The notes beneath the pieces are model-generated. The model was not told the origin of the DNA and ran no database searches. It worked only from the letters and a program-made list of their open reading frames with translations. Shown piece by piece: positions 1 through 10,623 of a stretch of 32,000 bases of DNA. The first letter of the stretch is position 1, and each line of letters opens with the position of its first letter. Source of the DNA: Cyanobacteria bacterium GSL.Bin1 (GTDB taxonomy: Bacteria > Cyanobacteriota > Cyanobacteriia > Cyanobacteriales > Rubidibacteraceae); contig JAAANX010000099.1 in assembly GCA_009909085.1 (NCBI GenBank), forward strand, positions 25,920-57,919. The letters are read 5' to 3'. A program made the translations under genes and the position numbers.

Positions 1-1359
1 AACTGCTGGAATTCGATCCGACCAAGGGACAGCGGGTAAGTTACTAAAAGCTTGGGGTAACCGGCCAAAAAAGACACGGTTAATCATGAGTAGGAAGTAA
101 ACAGCAGTTAATCCCGTTCCCACTAAACAAAATAAAGTTGCAATGGGAAACATTGAGAAGGTGGCGCGAAAGACTAAAAATTCGGAGATAAAGCCGACCA
201 TTCCTGGAATCCCAGCACTTGCCATGACCCCTAAAATCATTAAACTGCCAATAATGGGTAAACCTCGTTCTGGGTTGAGTAATCCTCTTAATGTTTCCAC
301 ATCCCGCGTTCCGGTTTTCTTACCTACGGTTCCCACTAAGAGGAATAATAACGCTGAAATCAGACCATGACTGATCATTTGTGCCACAGCAGCGACCAAA
401 CTTAACGGGGTCGCCGCAGCAGCGGCGAGTAAAATATACGCCATATGTGCAATGGAAGAATAGGCAACGACGCGTTTCATGTCCTTTTGCGAAATGGCAG
501 CTAACGCACCAAATAACGCACTAATTGCTGCCCAGATTGCTAAATAAGGGGCGAGAACTGACCAGGCATCAGGAAATAAGCCAATGCCAAAACGTAAAAT
601 GCCATAGGTTCCCAGTTTAAGGAGGACACCGGCTAATAAGACAGAAATTGGGGTTGAGGCTTCGACGTGAGCATCCGGAAGCCAAGTGTGGAAGGGAAAA
701 ATCGGAATTTTGATGCCAAATCCCGCCAGAAGAATCAGCAACAGGATAATTTGACTGCCTAAGGGCAGAACCTGTGCTTGTAAAGGTTCATAATCGAAAC
801 TAGAAGCATCGGTGAGCCAAACGATACCCAGGAAAGAGGCTAAGACTAATGCGCCGGAAATGGCAGTGTAGAGTAAGAATTTTGTTGCTGCATAACCTCG
901 GTTTTCTCCCCCCCAAATGGCAATGAGGAAATAAAGGGGAATGAGTTCAATTTCGTAGAACAGGAAGAAGAGAAGGACATTTTGCGCTAAAAACGCGCCG
1001 GCTGTTCCTGCACTGAGGAGGAGTAAGAGAGCATAGTAAAAGCGCGATCGCGCAATTTTGGGAGGACTGGTATAAATGGCAATTAAGGTGAGAAAGCTAT
1101 TAATAAAAATCAGCGGTAAGGCTAAGCCATCAACGCCCAGATAATAATTGAGTCCCAGTTGTTCCAGCCAAGGCAAGGATTCTGATATAAAGAGCCCTTC
1201 TTGGGTGGGATCAAATTGCAAGCCAATGGCAAAAGTTATAGCCAGTAAGAGACTACCAATTATTAAAGCGAAAGGGCGTGACTTTTCTGCTTGTTGATCC
1301 GGTAAAAAACCGATGATGATACCACCGATCACAGGAATCCAAATTAAAGTACTCAGCAT
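1..1359 (-). CDS. ndhD: NAD(P)H-quinone oxidoreductase subunit 4 (NdhD3/NdhD4-like, CO2-uptake NDH-1 type), partial at left window edge
   Basis: The reverse strand from the ATG at 1359 reads MLSTLIWIPVIGGIIIGFLPDQQAEKSRPFALIIGSLLLAITFAIGLQFDP...GVDGLALPLIFINSFLTLIAIY...FFLFYEIELIPLYFLIAIWGGENRGYAATKFLLYTAISGALVL, typical NdhD/NuoM. It is open to the edge, so it is absent from the ORF track. It lies downstream of an ndhF-type gene on the same strand. Confidence 0.88.
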   Translation of the reverse strand, partial: MLSTLIWIPVIGGIIIGFLPDQQAEKSRPFALIIGSLLLAITFAIGLQFDPTQEGLFISESLPWLEQLGLNYYLGVDGLALPLIFINSFLTLIAIYTSPPKIARSRFYYALLLLLSAGTAGAFLAQNVLLFFLFYEIELIPLYFLIAIWGGENRGYAATKFLLYTAISGALVLASFLGIVWLTDASSFDYEPLQAQVLPLGSQIILLLILLAGFGIKIPIFPFHTWLPDAHVEASTPISVLLAGVLLKLGTYGILRFGIGLFPDAWSVLAPYLAIWAAISALFGALAAISQKDMKRVVAYSSIAHMAYILLAAAAATPLSLVAAVAQMISHGLISALLFLLVGTVGKKTGTRDVETLRGLLNPERGLPIIGSLMILGVMASAGIPGMVGFISEFLVFRATFSMFPIATLFCLVGTGLTAVYFLLMINRVFFGRLPQAFSNLPAVPWSDRIPAV

Positions 1360-1446
1360 TTTTTCGTTATTTATTATTTGTTATGTTTTGCCATTGCCAA
1401 TCACGGGTGACGAATGTACAGACATTCCATGGAACGTCTCTCATGA

Positions 1447-3306
1447 CTAAAACGGCCACTTAATCAAAAGCGTCAACAATAAAGCACCACTAATCAAAAT
1501 GGTCAGTAAGTAAAATTGGGATTGTCCAGATGCACTATATTTCAAGCTTTGACCACTGAAGAGGGTACCAAAGCCAATTAAGTTCACCACACCATCAATG
1601 ATGTATCGATCGAGCCAAGCACTAAATTTAGACGCCAGTTCCACAGCTAAGACCACAGTCCAACGATACACCCGCTCTAGATAAAAGTCGTAAGCCAGAA
1701 AATCTTGGAGAAACCGAGAACTGCTGCGAACCGGTCGCATCCAGGTGCGAGGAAGCGCGATTGTTGCCCCTAAAATTACACCGACGGCACCCGATAAGAC
1801 GAGTAGTAACATCTCCGGTTGATTCAGTACGGTGGCAGTGCTAGCAATTGAACCGGTTTGGGCAAACCACAGTTGCCAACGCTGGGGAATTAAGGGGGCA
1901 AGCAGCGCGATCACCATGACACTGACCATCGGAAACGCCATTGGCCAGTTGACTTCTGGGGCGCGTCGCGTTTTCGCTTGCGGTTTTCCAAGAAAGACGA
2001 GACGAAACACTCGAGTTAAGTTGATCGCACTGAGGCTATTAATCAGCATAATGAAGGGTAATAGCCATTCCGGAAGCGTTTTAAAACTCTCAATCCATTG
2101 TCCCATCACCCAAAAGTTACCGAGAGGCAATAAAACAACTAAACCGGAGGCACCCACCAAAAAAGAAAGGGTCGTTACGGGCATTCTTGACCATAATCCC
2201 CCCATCTGCGTAATATTTTGGTCATTGGTGGTGAGAATGATCGAGCCGACAGTCATAAACATCAGGGTTTTCGCGATCGCGTGGATCAACAATAACAATA
2301 AGGCAATATCTAAGCGCCCAAAGCCAACGGCAACAAACACTAACCCTAAATAGACACTCGTCGAGTGAGAGAGCGTCCGTTTTAAATCAATTTGCGCGAT
2401 CGCGACAAAAGAAGCCCCCACAGCAGTCACTAGCCCCACCGCAATTAACACTTCTCCCACTAGCGGTGAGAGTTCAAAAATCGGATGCAACTTAATCAAT
2501 ACATAAGCCCCAGCGGTAACTACAATCGAATTCCGCATTAAAGACGCCGGACTCGGCGCTTCCATGGCTTCATCTAACCACAAATTTAGAGGAAATTGGG
2601 CACATTTTCCAACCGGTCCCGCAATTAGGGCTAAACCAAGTAACGTTGCGCTGAAAGGGGCTAAATTGGCATTGGTACTCCAAGCACCAATTTCAGTAAA
2701 TGTCAAGCCAACCCCATAACTAGAAAGCGCGACCACCCCCATCAGCAGAATAATATCGCCGACACGCTTGGTTAAAAAGGCATCCCGGGCAGCAGTCACC
2801 ACTAAAGGTTGAGCGTACCAAAATCCCACTAACAAGTAGGTAGAGAGGGTTAAAAGCTCTAGCAAACCATAACTTAACAGTAAAGAATCACTAAGGGCAA
2901 TTCCACATAAAGCGGCTTCAAAAAAGCCCATTAAACCGTAAAATCGCGCCAGTGACCAATCTTTTTCCATATAACCTAAGCCATAGATCAGAGTAACAAC
3001 AGTAATGCCTGTAACTAACTCTAAGGCCCCGATACTAATCGGAGAAATTTCAATGGCTAAAGTCAGGTCTAAGTCAGCTACTTTCAACCAATGAAAGATC
3101 AATTCTTGGGGGGGTTTTTCCCAAATTAGAATAAATGCTGCTGACCCGTGAACAAACGCGATCAAGCTCATCAATAAATTAATATAAGCGGCTGGTCGCG
3201 GTCCGGTTCGACGAATTAATCTCATTGACCAAGGAAGGGTCAATACCGCCCCTATTAGTCCATAGAAGGGGATTAAGACGGTTCCTTGTACTAACAAATC
3301 GCCCAT
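1447..3306 (-). CDS. ndhF: NAD(P)H-quinone oxidoreductase subunit 5 (NdhF3/NdhF4-like, CO2-uptake NDH-1 type)
   Basis: 619 aa NdhF/NuoL family protein with GFFEAALCGIALSDSLLLSYGLLELLTLSTYLLVGFWY, KRVGDIILLMGV, GPVGKCAQFPLNLWLDEAMEAPSPASLMRNSIVVTAGAYVLIKLHP. Its position next to ndhD and the carboxysome operon supports the CO2-uptake paralogue; F3 versus F4 is not resolved by eye. Confidence 0.9.
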   Translation of the reverse strand: MGDLLVQGTVLIPFYGLIGAVLTLPWSMRLIRRTGPRPAAYINLLMSLIAFVHGSAAFILIWEKPPQELIFHWLKVADLDLTLAIEISPISIGALELVTGITVVTLIYGLGYMEKDWSLARFYGLMGFFEAALCGIALSDSLLLSYGLLELLTLSTYLLVGFWYAQPLVVTAARDAFLTKRVGDIILLMGVVALSSYGVGLTFTEIGAWSTNANLAPFSATLLGLALIAGPVGKCAQFPLNLWLDEAMEAPSPASLMRNSIVVTAGAYVLIKLHPIFELSPLVGEVLIAVGLVTAVGASFVAIAQIDLKRTLSHSTSVYLGLVFVAVGFGRLDIALLLLLIHAIAKTLMFMTVGSIILTTNDQNITQMGGLWSRMPVTTLSFLVGASGLVVLLPLGNFWVMGQWIESFKTLPEWLLPFIMLINSLSAINLTRVFRLVFLGKPQAKTRRAPEVNWPMAFPMVSVMVIALLAPLIPQRWQLWFAQTGSIASTATVLNQPEMLLLVLSGAVGVILGATIALPRTWMRPVRSSSRFLQDFLAYDFYLERVYRWTVVLAVELASKFSAWLDRYIIDGVVNLIGFGTLFSGQSLKYSASGQSQFYLLTILISGALLLTLLIKWPF

Positions 3307-4070
3307 ACAAAAAATTTTCCTTAACTAACAATATTAATTTTAAATTAAATCGGTTGCTATCTTCTACTAAGACCACCTCTTTTCCTGAAAAAGCGCCTAA
3401 ATTTGACTAACTAAGTGCAAGAATATTCCGTTAATTATTCTGATCGGTTTTACTTAGTAAAGTGCTTTATTTGTGACTGTGTTTGTATTAAATAAACTCG
3501 AATGCTGATAATGCTTATGGTAAAGATTAGAAAATATTATCGTTATAAATAAGGACAATTACCTAGAGAAAAAAAGACTGTTGTGGTGCGTGATCATCCG
3601 ACAATAAAAAGCATTTCATCAATAGCGATCAGGCGTGACCTGTCAATCAAGTTTCAGAGATTGATTTTTTCTTGACGCCATTATCAGAATTTTTAAACGG
3701 TCCTATCCAATTCTCCTTATAGAGTTGTCCCGCCCCAGACAATTATAAAACAGTCTTCTCATTCTCGATAGAGAGAAGCATCTCCTCGTCTCGGAATCAT
3801 AACCAATCATCAATATTAAAAAATATTAAACAGAGTAATTTGAAAATATTATGATATTTTATATTGTCAAAAGCGACAATGTCATTTATGCTTTTTTTTG
3901 GTAGGGAAAATAACCCACCCCGTCAAAAATGAGCACCTTCAAATTTTTGTCTAGGGAAAAGCTCATCCGTTGCCGAAATGGGAACTGAAGAGCCAACTTG
4001 CCCTGAAGCGTGCCAAATTTGACACTTTTATATAGACAAATCTCTAGCTTGACAATCGAGGAAAACACAT

Positions 4071-4376
4071 ATGCCAATTGCGGTTGGAATGATAGAAACG
4101 CTAGGCTTTCCCGCCGTCGTGGAAGCAGCCGATGCGATGGTTAAAGCAGCCCGTGTTACCTTAGTGGGCTATGAAAAAATCGGAACCGGTCGTGTCACCG
4201 TCATTGTTCGTGGCGATGTTTCCGAAGTGCAAGCCTCAGTCAGTGCTGGGGTCGAATCTGCCAACCGAGTTAATGGCGGGGAAGTGTTATCAACACACAT
4301 TATTGCTCGTCCCCACGAAAACCTGGAATACGTCCTACCGATTCGCTACACCGAAGCAGTAGAACAGTTCCGATAA
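4071..4376 (+). CDS. ccmK2: Carboxysome shell hexamer protein CcmK (CcmK2-type, BMC-H)
   Basis: 101 aa, [60 protein letters not shown]...[28 protein letters not shown]; canonical BMC domain, first gene of the ccm cluster. Confidence 0.97.
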   Translation: MPIAVGMIETLGFPAVVEAADAMVKAARVTLVGYEKIGTGRVTVIVRGDVSEVQASVSAGVESANRVNGGEVLSTHIIARPHENLEYVLPIRYTEAVEQFR

Positions 4377-4501
4377 TTTTAATGGGGGCATTTCAAGCAT
4401 CCCACCTAATCCCGTGATTTGGCATCAGTCTCGATTGAGATGTCCCCGCCGTTCCATGTCGTGAATTAACAACGCTCAACTCCGAGGAGGAAACCAAACA
4501 A

Positions 4502-4843
4502 ATGGCAGTCGCAGTAGGAATGATAGAAACGCTAGGCTTTCCCGCCGTTGTGGAAGCCGCCGATGCAATGGTCAAAGCAGCCCGTGTCACCTTAGTGGGC
4601 TATGAAAAAATTGGAACCGGTCGTGTAACCGTCATTGTGCGCGGTGATGTTTCCGAAGTTCAGGCTTCAGTGAGCGCTGGTACTGAGTCTGTGAAACGAG
4701 TCAATGGGGGACAAGTCTTATCCACCCATATTATTGCTCGTCCTCACGAAAACTTAGAATACGTCTTACCGATTCGTTATACCGAAGAAGTAGAACAATT
4801 CCGCGAAGGCGTTGGTACCCCTCGCAACATCACTCGCCAGTAA
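4502..4843 (+). CDS. ccmK1: Carboxysome shell hexamer protein CcmK (CcmK1-type, BMC-H)
   Basis: 113 aa, nearly identical to the preceding CcmK with a longer C-terminus ([12 protein letters not shown]); preceded by the GAGGAGGAAA ribosome-binding site. Confidence 0.96.
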   Translation: MAVAVGMIETLGFPAVVEAADAMVKAARVTLVGYEKIGTGRVTVIVRGDVSEVQASVSAGTESVKRVNGGQVLSTHIIARPHENLEYVLPIRYTEEVEQFREGVGTPRNITRQ

Positions 4844-4851
4844 TCTAGATT

Positions 4852-5139
4852 ATGCAGATGGCAAAAGTTTGCGGAACAGTGGTTGGCACACAAAAATTGC
4901 CGAGTATGACCGGTGTCAAATTACTCTTGTTGCAGTTTATTGATGCTAGCGGTGAACTGCTTCCGGAATACGAAGTCGCTGCCGATCCGGTTGGTGCTGG
5001 ACTAGGGGAATGGGTCTTGGTTAACCGCGGTAGCGCTGCTCGCCAAACAGAAAATCATCAAAACCGTCCCCTTGATGCCATGGTTGTTGCCATTATTGAT
5101 ACTGTTACTGTGAATAATCGCCGACTATACGGTGAATAA
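4852..5139 (+). CDS. ccmL: Carboxysome shell vertex pentamer protein CcmL (BMC-V/EutN)
   Basis: 95 aa, M(QM)AKVCGTVVGTQKLPSMTGVKLLLLQFID...DPVGAGLGEWVLVNRGSAAR...DAMVVAIIDTVTV; start may be the second ATG at 4858. Confidence 0.96.
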   Translation: MQMAKVCGTVVGTQKLPSMTGVKLLLLQFIDASGELLPEYEVAADPVGAGLGEWVLVNRGSAARQTENHQNRPLDAMVVAIIDTVTVNNRRLYGE

Positions 5140-5401
5140 AATAAAAACTAATTTTAGTCCCGCCGCAGGGGTGAGAAATGAAAAGGCCTGTCTCGTCAAA
5201 CGGTTTAGCGTGAATTAACGCTCTGTTCAACCAATGACGAACTTTCTCTAGAAAATCAGCCCGAAGATCTCACCCCAAAGGGAGTCAACTCGGGCAGCAA
5301 GCTTGAGAGAAAGGGCGAGAAAATGTCAAGACAGTCAAAATTGACGTTTATACCGCTCTTTTGCCTAAAACAAAAGCGTTTACATTTAGGAGGAACAAAC
5401 A

Positions 5402-7450
5402 ATGGCAGTCCGCAGTGAAGCGGCTCCACCCACTCCTTGGTCAAAAGCCCTCGCCGAACCCCAAATAGACGAAAGTGCTTATGTCCATTCCTTTTCCAAC
5501 ATTATTGGTGATGTTTGGGTCGGAGCGAATGTCCTGGTTGCACCCGGAACTTCAATTCGCGCTGATGAAGGCTCACCTTTTGCCATTGGAGAAGGAACGA
5601 ATATCCAAGATGGAGTCGTCATTCATGGTTTAGAAGAAGGGCGTGTAGTTGGGGAAGATCGGAAGCATTATTCGGTCTGGATTGGAGAGGATACTTGTAT
5701 TACCCACATGGCCCTAATCCATGGCCCTTGTTATATCGGTAATAATTGCTTTATTGGGTTCCGTTCCACCGTGTTTAATGCGCGTGTTGGCGATGATTGC
5801 ATTGTGATGATGCATGCCCTCATTCAAGATGTGGAAATCCCGCCCGGAAAATATATCCCTTCGGGCGCGATTATCACCAATCAACAACAAGCTGACCGCT
5901 TACCGGATGTTCAAGAGTCAGACCGCAAATTTGCTCACCATGTTGTGGAAGTGAATGAAGCACTCAGAGCAGGATATCACTGTGCTCGGGATGCGAGTTG
6001 TATTATCCAAGTCAGAAATGAAGGGGCTCGACCAGAGCAACCGGGTAATGGCAATGGGGCAAAAACCAGTTATCAAAAAGTGGTGAATAAACCCAGTCCA
6101 AATGGAAGCAAGCAATCACAGGGGGGAACAAACTTGAAACCAGAAGCAATCGAACAAGTGCGATCGCTGCTGCGACAAGGCTATCAAATTGGTACCGAAC
6201 ACGCAGACAAACGACGCTTTAGTCGCAATTCCTGGCAGAATTGCGCACCGATTCAAGAAATGCAAGAACGCAGTGTTATTCAAGCGTTAGAAGCTTGTTT
6301 AGCCGAACACGCAGGAGAATATGTTCGCTTGTTTGGGATTGATCCCAAGGCGAAACGACGGGTTTCGGAGGTGGTGATTCAAACACCGAGCGATCAACCC
6401 AGTGCGAATACCAGTTACAGTAGCACCAATGGCGGATATCAGCCCAGTTATCGTCGTCAAAGCTACCAGGGAGCCAGTCAAAGCAGCGGCGGTTTAGACC
6501 AAGATACGACAGAACAAGTGCGATCGCTGCTCAATCAAGGCTATCAAATTGGTGTGGAACACGCCGATAAACGACGCTTTAGTCGCAATTCTTGGCAAAA
6601 TGGCGCACCGATCCAAAGCCGTCAAGTTGCAGGCGCGATCGCGGAATTAGAAGCCTGTTTATCAGAATACAACGGTGAATATGTCCGCTTGATTGGCATT
6701 GATCCGAAAGCAAAACGGCGGGTTGTAGAACAGCTCATTCAAGAGCCTGGACAACAAAATGGCACTGCTGGCAAACACGGAACTTCTCAAGCTAGTCAAG
6801 CGAGTCGTGGCGGAAGCGAAGCAGTGGGCGGTGAGATTGCTGAACAAGTGCGCTCCCTGGTCAGCCAAGGGTATAACATCGGCTTAGAATATGCCGATCA
6901 ACGCCGCTTCCGTCGCAATTCCTGGCAAAATGCTGGACAATTGGAAGGGAATGTGAATCAAGTCCTTTCAGAATTGAATGCCTGCTTAGCCCAACATCCG
7001 AAAGACTATGTGCGCCTCGTCGGCATTGATCCCAAAGCCAAGCGCCGAGTCTTAGAGACTTTGATTCAGCAGCCTGGAAAACAGAGTGCTTCTACTCAGC
7101 AAGGGGCTCAAGCTTCACCAGCAGCCAGTCGTAGCAGTAATGGTCGTCAAAGCTATAGCCAATATAACGGCAATGGTGCCAAAAGTAGCTTAGATCGAGA
7201 AACCGTTGAACAAGTGCGAAACCTGCTGCACCAAGGCTATCAAATTGGAACGGAACACGCGGATAAACGACGCTTTAGTCGCAACTCTTGGCAAAGTTGC
7301 GCGCCCATTGAAAGTACCCGTGAAGCCGAAGTCCTATCAGCCCTCGAAGGTTGCTTAGCGGATCATCAAGGAGAATATGTGCGTTTAGTGGGCATTGATC
7401 CCAAAGCCAAACGACGGGTCCTGGAAACAACCATTCAGCAACCCGCTTAG
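5402..7450 (+). CDS. ccmM: Carboxysome assembly protein CcmM: gamma-carbonic-anhydrase-like domain plus four RbcS-like (SSUL) repeats
   Basis: 682 aa. The N-terminal left-handed beta-helix has [30 protein letters not shown]...[29 protein letters not shown]. Four repeats of [29 protein letters not shown]...[14 protein letters not shown] follow. Confidence 0.97.
   Translation: MAVRSEAAPPTPWSKALAEPQIDESAYVHSFSNIIGDVWVGANVLVAPGTSIRADEGSPFAIGEGTNIQDGVVIHGLEEGRVVGEDRKHYSVWIGEDTCITHMALIHGPCYIGNNCFIGFRSTVFNARVGDDCIVMMHALIQDVEIPPGKYIPSGAIITNQQQADRLPDVQESDRKFAHHVVEVNEALRAGYHCARDASCIIQVRNEGARPEQPGNGNGAKTSYQKVVNKPSPNGSKQSQGGTNLKPEAIEQVRSLLRQGYQIGTEHADKRRFSRNSWQNCAPIQEMQERSVIQALEACLAEHAGEYVRLFGIDPKAKRRVSEVVIQTPSDQPSANTSYSSTNGGYQPSYRRQSYQGASQSSGGLDQDTTEQVRSLLNQGYQIGVEHADKRRFSRNSWQNGAPIQSRQVAGAIAELEACLSEYNGEYVRLIGIDPKAKRRVVEQLIQEPGQQNGTAGKHGTSQASQASRGGSEAVGGEIAEQVRSLVSQGYNIGLEYADQRRFRRNSWQNAGQLEGNVNQVLSELNACLAQHPKDYVRLVGIDPKAKRRVLETLIQQPGKQSASTQQGAQASPAASRSSNGRQSYSQYNGNGAKSSLDRETVEQVRNLLHQGYQIGTEHADKRRFSRNSWQSCAPIESTREAEVLSALEGCLADHQGEYVRLVGIDPKAKRRVLETTIQQPA
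6131..6430 (+). other. SSUL repeat 1 of CcmM (RbcS-like domain, with Cys pair)
   Basis: [75 protein letters not shown]; boundaries approximate. Confidence 0.85.
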
Positions 7451-7545
7451 GTTGATTCATGATCAGGAGTTGCCTTTAAACACTCCTGATTCCTGAATCG
7501 AATTTTTTGTAAACCTTATTGCAAGCCATTTAGTGGCTGTAGTCC

Positions 7546-8268
7546 ATGTCTGTGCTTTCCCTGCCGACAATCAGTCACAGCCAAATTTATGTCAGTGGTG
7601 ATGTGGTCATTGATGACACCGCAGCGATTGCGCCCGGCGTGATTCTGCAAGCAACCGCCAACGGGCGGATCATCATTAAAGCAGGGGCTTGCATTGGAAT
7701 GGGAACCGTTTTAACGGCAAATCAGGGAACGATCGAAATTGGTGAAGGAGCGGTTTTAGGGGCAGGGGTTTTAGTCGTTGGTTCTGGCAAAATTGGCGAT
7801 CACGCCTGTATTGGCGCAGCAACCACCCTCATTGACTCCTCCGTTGCAGTCCGGGAAGAGATTGCCCCAGGCACCCTCAAGGGAGATACCTCCCGTCAGG
7901 AGAATCTTTCCCCGAGTGATTCCGATAGCAAATCGGAAACGAATCATGCCGAACCCACCAGTAATGGTAGCCATCCTCCACCTCAGCCAGATTGGACACC
8001 GCCAGTATCAAGCACGAACAAAGCCAACAATAATGGTAGTCCGGTCAATGGTCAACCCGTAGATTCGACTCAACCCACTGCGGAGACAAATAAAAAAGAC
8101 CAGCAATCTCCCCCTGATTCCTCTTCTCAGCAGCAGTCCCCGACCAATACCAATACCACGATCTATGGTCAAACCCATATTGAACGTTTGATGGTGACTT
8201 TATTTCCTCACAAGGAGAACTTTAAACAAGAAAAAAAAGACGAATCGGGTAATGTAGGGCCGGAATAG
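7546..8268 (+). CDS. ccmN: Carboxysome assembly protein CcmN
   Basis: 240 aa: N-terminal hexapeptide-repeat helix (VYVSGDVVIDDTAAIAPGVILQAT...IGMGTVLTANQGTIEIGEGAVLGAGVLVVGSGKIGDHACIGAATTLIDSSV), a low-complexity Ser/Pro/Asn linker, and a C-terminal encapsulation-peptide-like helix IYGQTHIERLMVTLFPH. It directly follows ccmM. Confidence 0.92.
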   Translation: MSVLSLPTISHSQIYVSGDVVIDDTAAIAPGVILQATANGRIIIKAGACIGMGTVLTANQGTIEIGEGAVLGAGVLVVGSGKIGDHACIGAATTLIDSSVAVREEIAPGTLKGDTSRQENLSPSDSDSKSETNHAEPTSNGSHPPPQPDWTPPVSSTNKANNNGSPVNGQPVDSTQPTAETNKKDQQSPPDSSSQQQSPTNTNTTIYGQTHIERLMVTLFPHKENFKQEKKDESGNVGPE

Positions 8269-8715
8269 CGATTAGTTATTAGTAATGTCAAAGAACTAAC
8301 TAATAATCAATCAGTATGGTCAAAAATGTTCTCACAAACCCTTTAAAACAAAAAGAAAATTTGTAAAGAAAAGTAAATTGATCAACAGCGGTAAAACCCT
8401 TCCCCTGGTTAGTCTGAGTGTGCTTCTGAAAACTAGGGGAAAAGCGGGTCAATTGCTGTTATTATTAATATGATGCTCGAAATTTGTAATCATCGAGTAA
8501 GGAGATTTAGATTGAAAAACAAATAAGTAAAAACTATTTTGCTAAAAATTAATATTAATAGGTAAAATGTAACCAACTCATGTTACAGTAAAAAACTAAG
8601 TGAGGCTAATAAATAGCAAAAACCGAAAAGAATCACTCTGAAATAAAGAAACAGAACTTTTCGGGATAACATCTGAAACTGGTGATCTCAAGACCTCAAA
8701 ACTCAGGAGAAAGAA

Positions 8716-10137
8716 ATGGTACAAGCACAACAATCATCTAGTGGATTTAAGGCTGGGGTACAAGATTACGCCCTGACCTACTATACTCCCGACTACACGC
8801 CGAAAGACACTGATCTTTTAGCAGCATTCCGAGTAACTCCGCAGCCTGGGGTTCCTCCTGAAGAAGCAGGGGCTGCGGTAGCTGCTGAGTCCTCCACAGG
8901 AACTTGGACAACGGTATGGACAGACAACCTGACTGACTTAGATCGGTACAAAGGACGTTGCTACGAAATTGAAGCGGTTCCCGGTGAAGATAACCAATAC
9001 TTTATGTTCGTGGCTTACCCCATCGACTTATTTGAAGAAGGGTCCGTCACGAATATGCTCACTTCAATTGTGGGGAACGTTTTTGGATTTAAAGCCTTAC
9101 GGGCGCTGCGTTTAGAAGACCTTCGGATTCCTTTTGCTTACCTCAAAACTTTCCAAGGACCTCCTCATGGGATTACTGTAGAGCGTGACCTCCTCAACAA
9201 ATACGGTCGTCCTTTACTCGGTTGCACCATTAAGCCCAAACTCGGTTTATCCGCGAAAAACTACGGTCGGGCAGTGTATGAGTGTCTCCGGGGTGGTTTA
9301 GACTTCACCAAAGACGACGAAAATATTAACTCTCAGCCTTTTATGCGCTGGCGCGATCGCTACCTCTTTGTTGCGGAAGCGGTTCACAAAGCACAAGCCG
9401 AAACCAACGAAATTAAAGGGCACTATCTCAACGTGACTGCGCCGACCTGTGAGCAAATGCTAGAACGGGCAGAGTTCGTGAAAGAATTGGATATGCCCAT
9501 TCTCATGCACGACTACCTCACCGGCGGTTTCACGGCGAACACCACTTTAGCAAAATGGTGTCGCGCGAATGGCGTTCTCATGCACATTCACCGGGCAATG
9601 CACGCGGTCATTGACCGTCAGAAAAACCACGGGATCCACTTCCGTGTTCTCGCGAAATGCTTACGGATGTCGGGTGGCGACCACCTCCACTCAGGAACCG
9701 TTGTCGGTAAATTAGAAGGGGAACGTGCAATTACCCTTGGTTTTGTGGATCAAATGCGCGAAGACCACGTGGAAGAAGATCGCTCTCGCGGTAACTTCTT
9801 TACCCAAGATTGGGCTTCTCTAGGAGGTGTCTTCCCTGTTGCATCTGGTGGGATTCACATCTGGCATATGCCAGCACTGGTTGATATCTTTGGTGATGAT
9901 TCCTGCTTACAGTTTGGTGGCGGTACCCTCGGACACCCTTGGGGAAATGCGCCGGGTGCAACAGCGAACCGGGTTGCCCTTGAAGCGTGTGTTCAAGCAC
10001 GGAACGAAGGTCGTAACTTAGCTCGTGAAGGCAACGACATCATTAAAGAAGCAGCTCGCTGGTCTCCTGAACTGAAAGTAGCCTCTGAACTCTGGAAAGA
10101 AATTAAGTTCGAGTACGAAGCAGTCGATACCCTCTAA
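8716..10137 (+). CDS. rbcL: Ribulose-1,5-bisphosphate carboxylase/oxygenase large subunit (Form IB)
   Basis: 473 aa, full-length RbcL including [77 protein letters not shown]. Confidence 0.99.
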   Translation: MVQAQQSSSGFKAGVQDYALTYYTPDYTPKDTDLLAAFRVTPQPGVPPEEAGAAVAAESSTGTWTTVWTDNLTDLDRYKGRCYEIEAVPGEDNQYFMFVAYPIDLFEEGSVTNMLTSIVGNVFGFKALRALRLEDLRIPFAYLKTFQGPPHGITVERDLLNKYGRPLLGCTIKPKLGLSAKNYGRAVYECLRGGLDFTKDDENINSQPFMRWRDRYLFVAEAVHKAQAETNEIKGHYLNVTAPTCEQMLERAEFVKELDMPILMHDYLTGGFTANTTLAKWCRANGVLMHIHRAMHAVIDRQKNHGIHFRVLAKCLRMSGGDHLHSGTVVGKLEGERAITLGFVDQMREDHVEEDRSRGNFFTQDWASLGGVFPVASGGIHIWHMPALVDIFGDDSCLQFGGGTLGHPWGNAPGATANRVALEACVQARNEGRNLAREGNDIIKEAARWSPELKVASELWKEIKFEYEAVDTL

Positions 10138-10184
10138 TTGCTACTGCCAAGAATTGTGATTTGGGTCGGGAAAGGTTAACTATT

Positions 10185-10595
10185 ATGAACTCAAAACGAG
10201 TGGCTCAAGAAACAGCGAAAGTGCTGCAAGACTACCTCACTTATCAAGCAGTGCGCACGATTCTTGACCAGTTATCGGAAACCAATCCCACCCAAGCCAT
10301 CTGGCTACGACAGTTTTCTCAACAGCATAATTTGCAAAATAGCGAAGCTTACCTAGAAGCCTTAATGGCAGAACGGAAAGATTTAGTGATGCGAATTATG
10401 ACGGTTCGAGAAGACCTTGCTGAGCGAGTCTTAGATTTTTTACCGGAGATGGTTCGCTCAGGTGTTGAGGAGTCGAATTTACGATACCGTTGCCAGATTT
10501 TAGAACGGCTCACCCAAACCCAATCGGAAAACTCGGACAATCCAGACTCAGATGATTCGTCCTCTTTTCCCGATGATTCTCATTCTACTGAATAA
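10185..10595 (+). CDS. rbcX: RuBisCO assembly chaperone RbcX
   Basis: MNSKRVAQETAKVLQDYLTYQAVRTILDQLSETNPTQAIWLRQFSQQHNLQNSEAYLEALMAERKDLVMRIMTVREDLAERVLDFLPEMVRSGVEESNLRYRCQILERLTQ; between rbcL and rbcS. The ORF track starts at 10161, but MNSKR at 10185 fits the family better. Confidence 0.96.
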   Translation: MNSKRVAQETAKVLQDYLTYQAVRTILDQLSETNPTQAIWLRQFSQQHNLQNSEAYLEALMAERKDLVMRIMTVREDLAERVLDFLPEMVRSGVEESNLRYRCQILERLTQTQSENSDNPDSDDSSSFPDDSHSTE

Positions 10596-10623
10596 TCTCG
10601 TTGTATTGATCTGATTAAAAACC

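Noticed and set aside
1832-2353. 173 aa plus-strand ORF antisense to ndhF, and similar antisense ORFs (10956-11222, 19012-19245, 20889-21224, 24897-25103, 28167-28445, 30492-30803)
   Set aside because: Antisense or shadow ORFs opposite well-supported genes or repeats, without recognisable domains or credible ribosome-binding sites.
7778-8062. 94 aa ORF overlapping ccmN in another frame
   Set aside because: Shadow of the low-complexity ccmN linker; no independent support.
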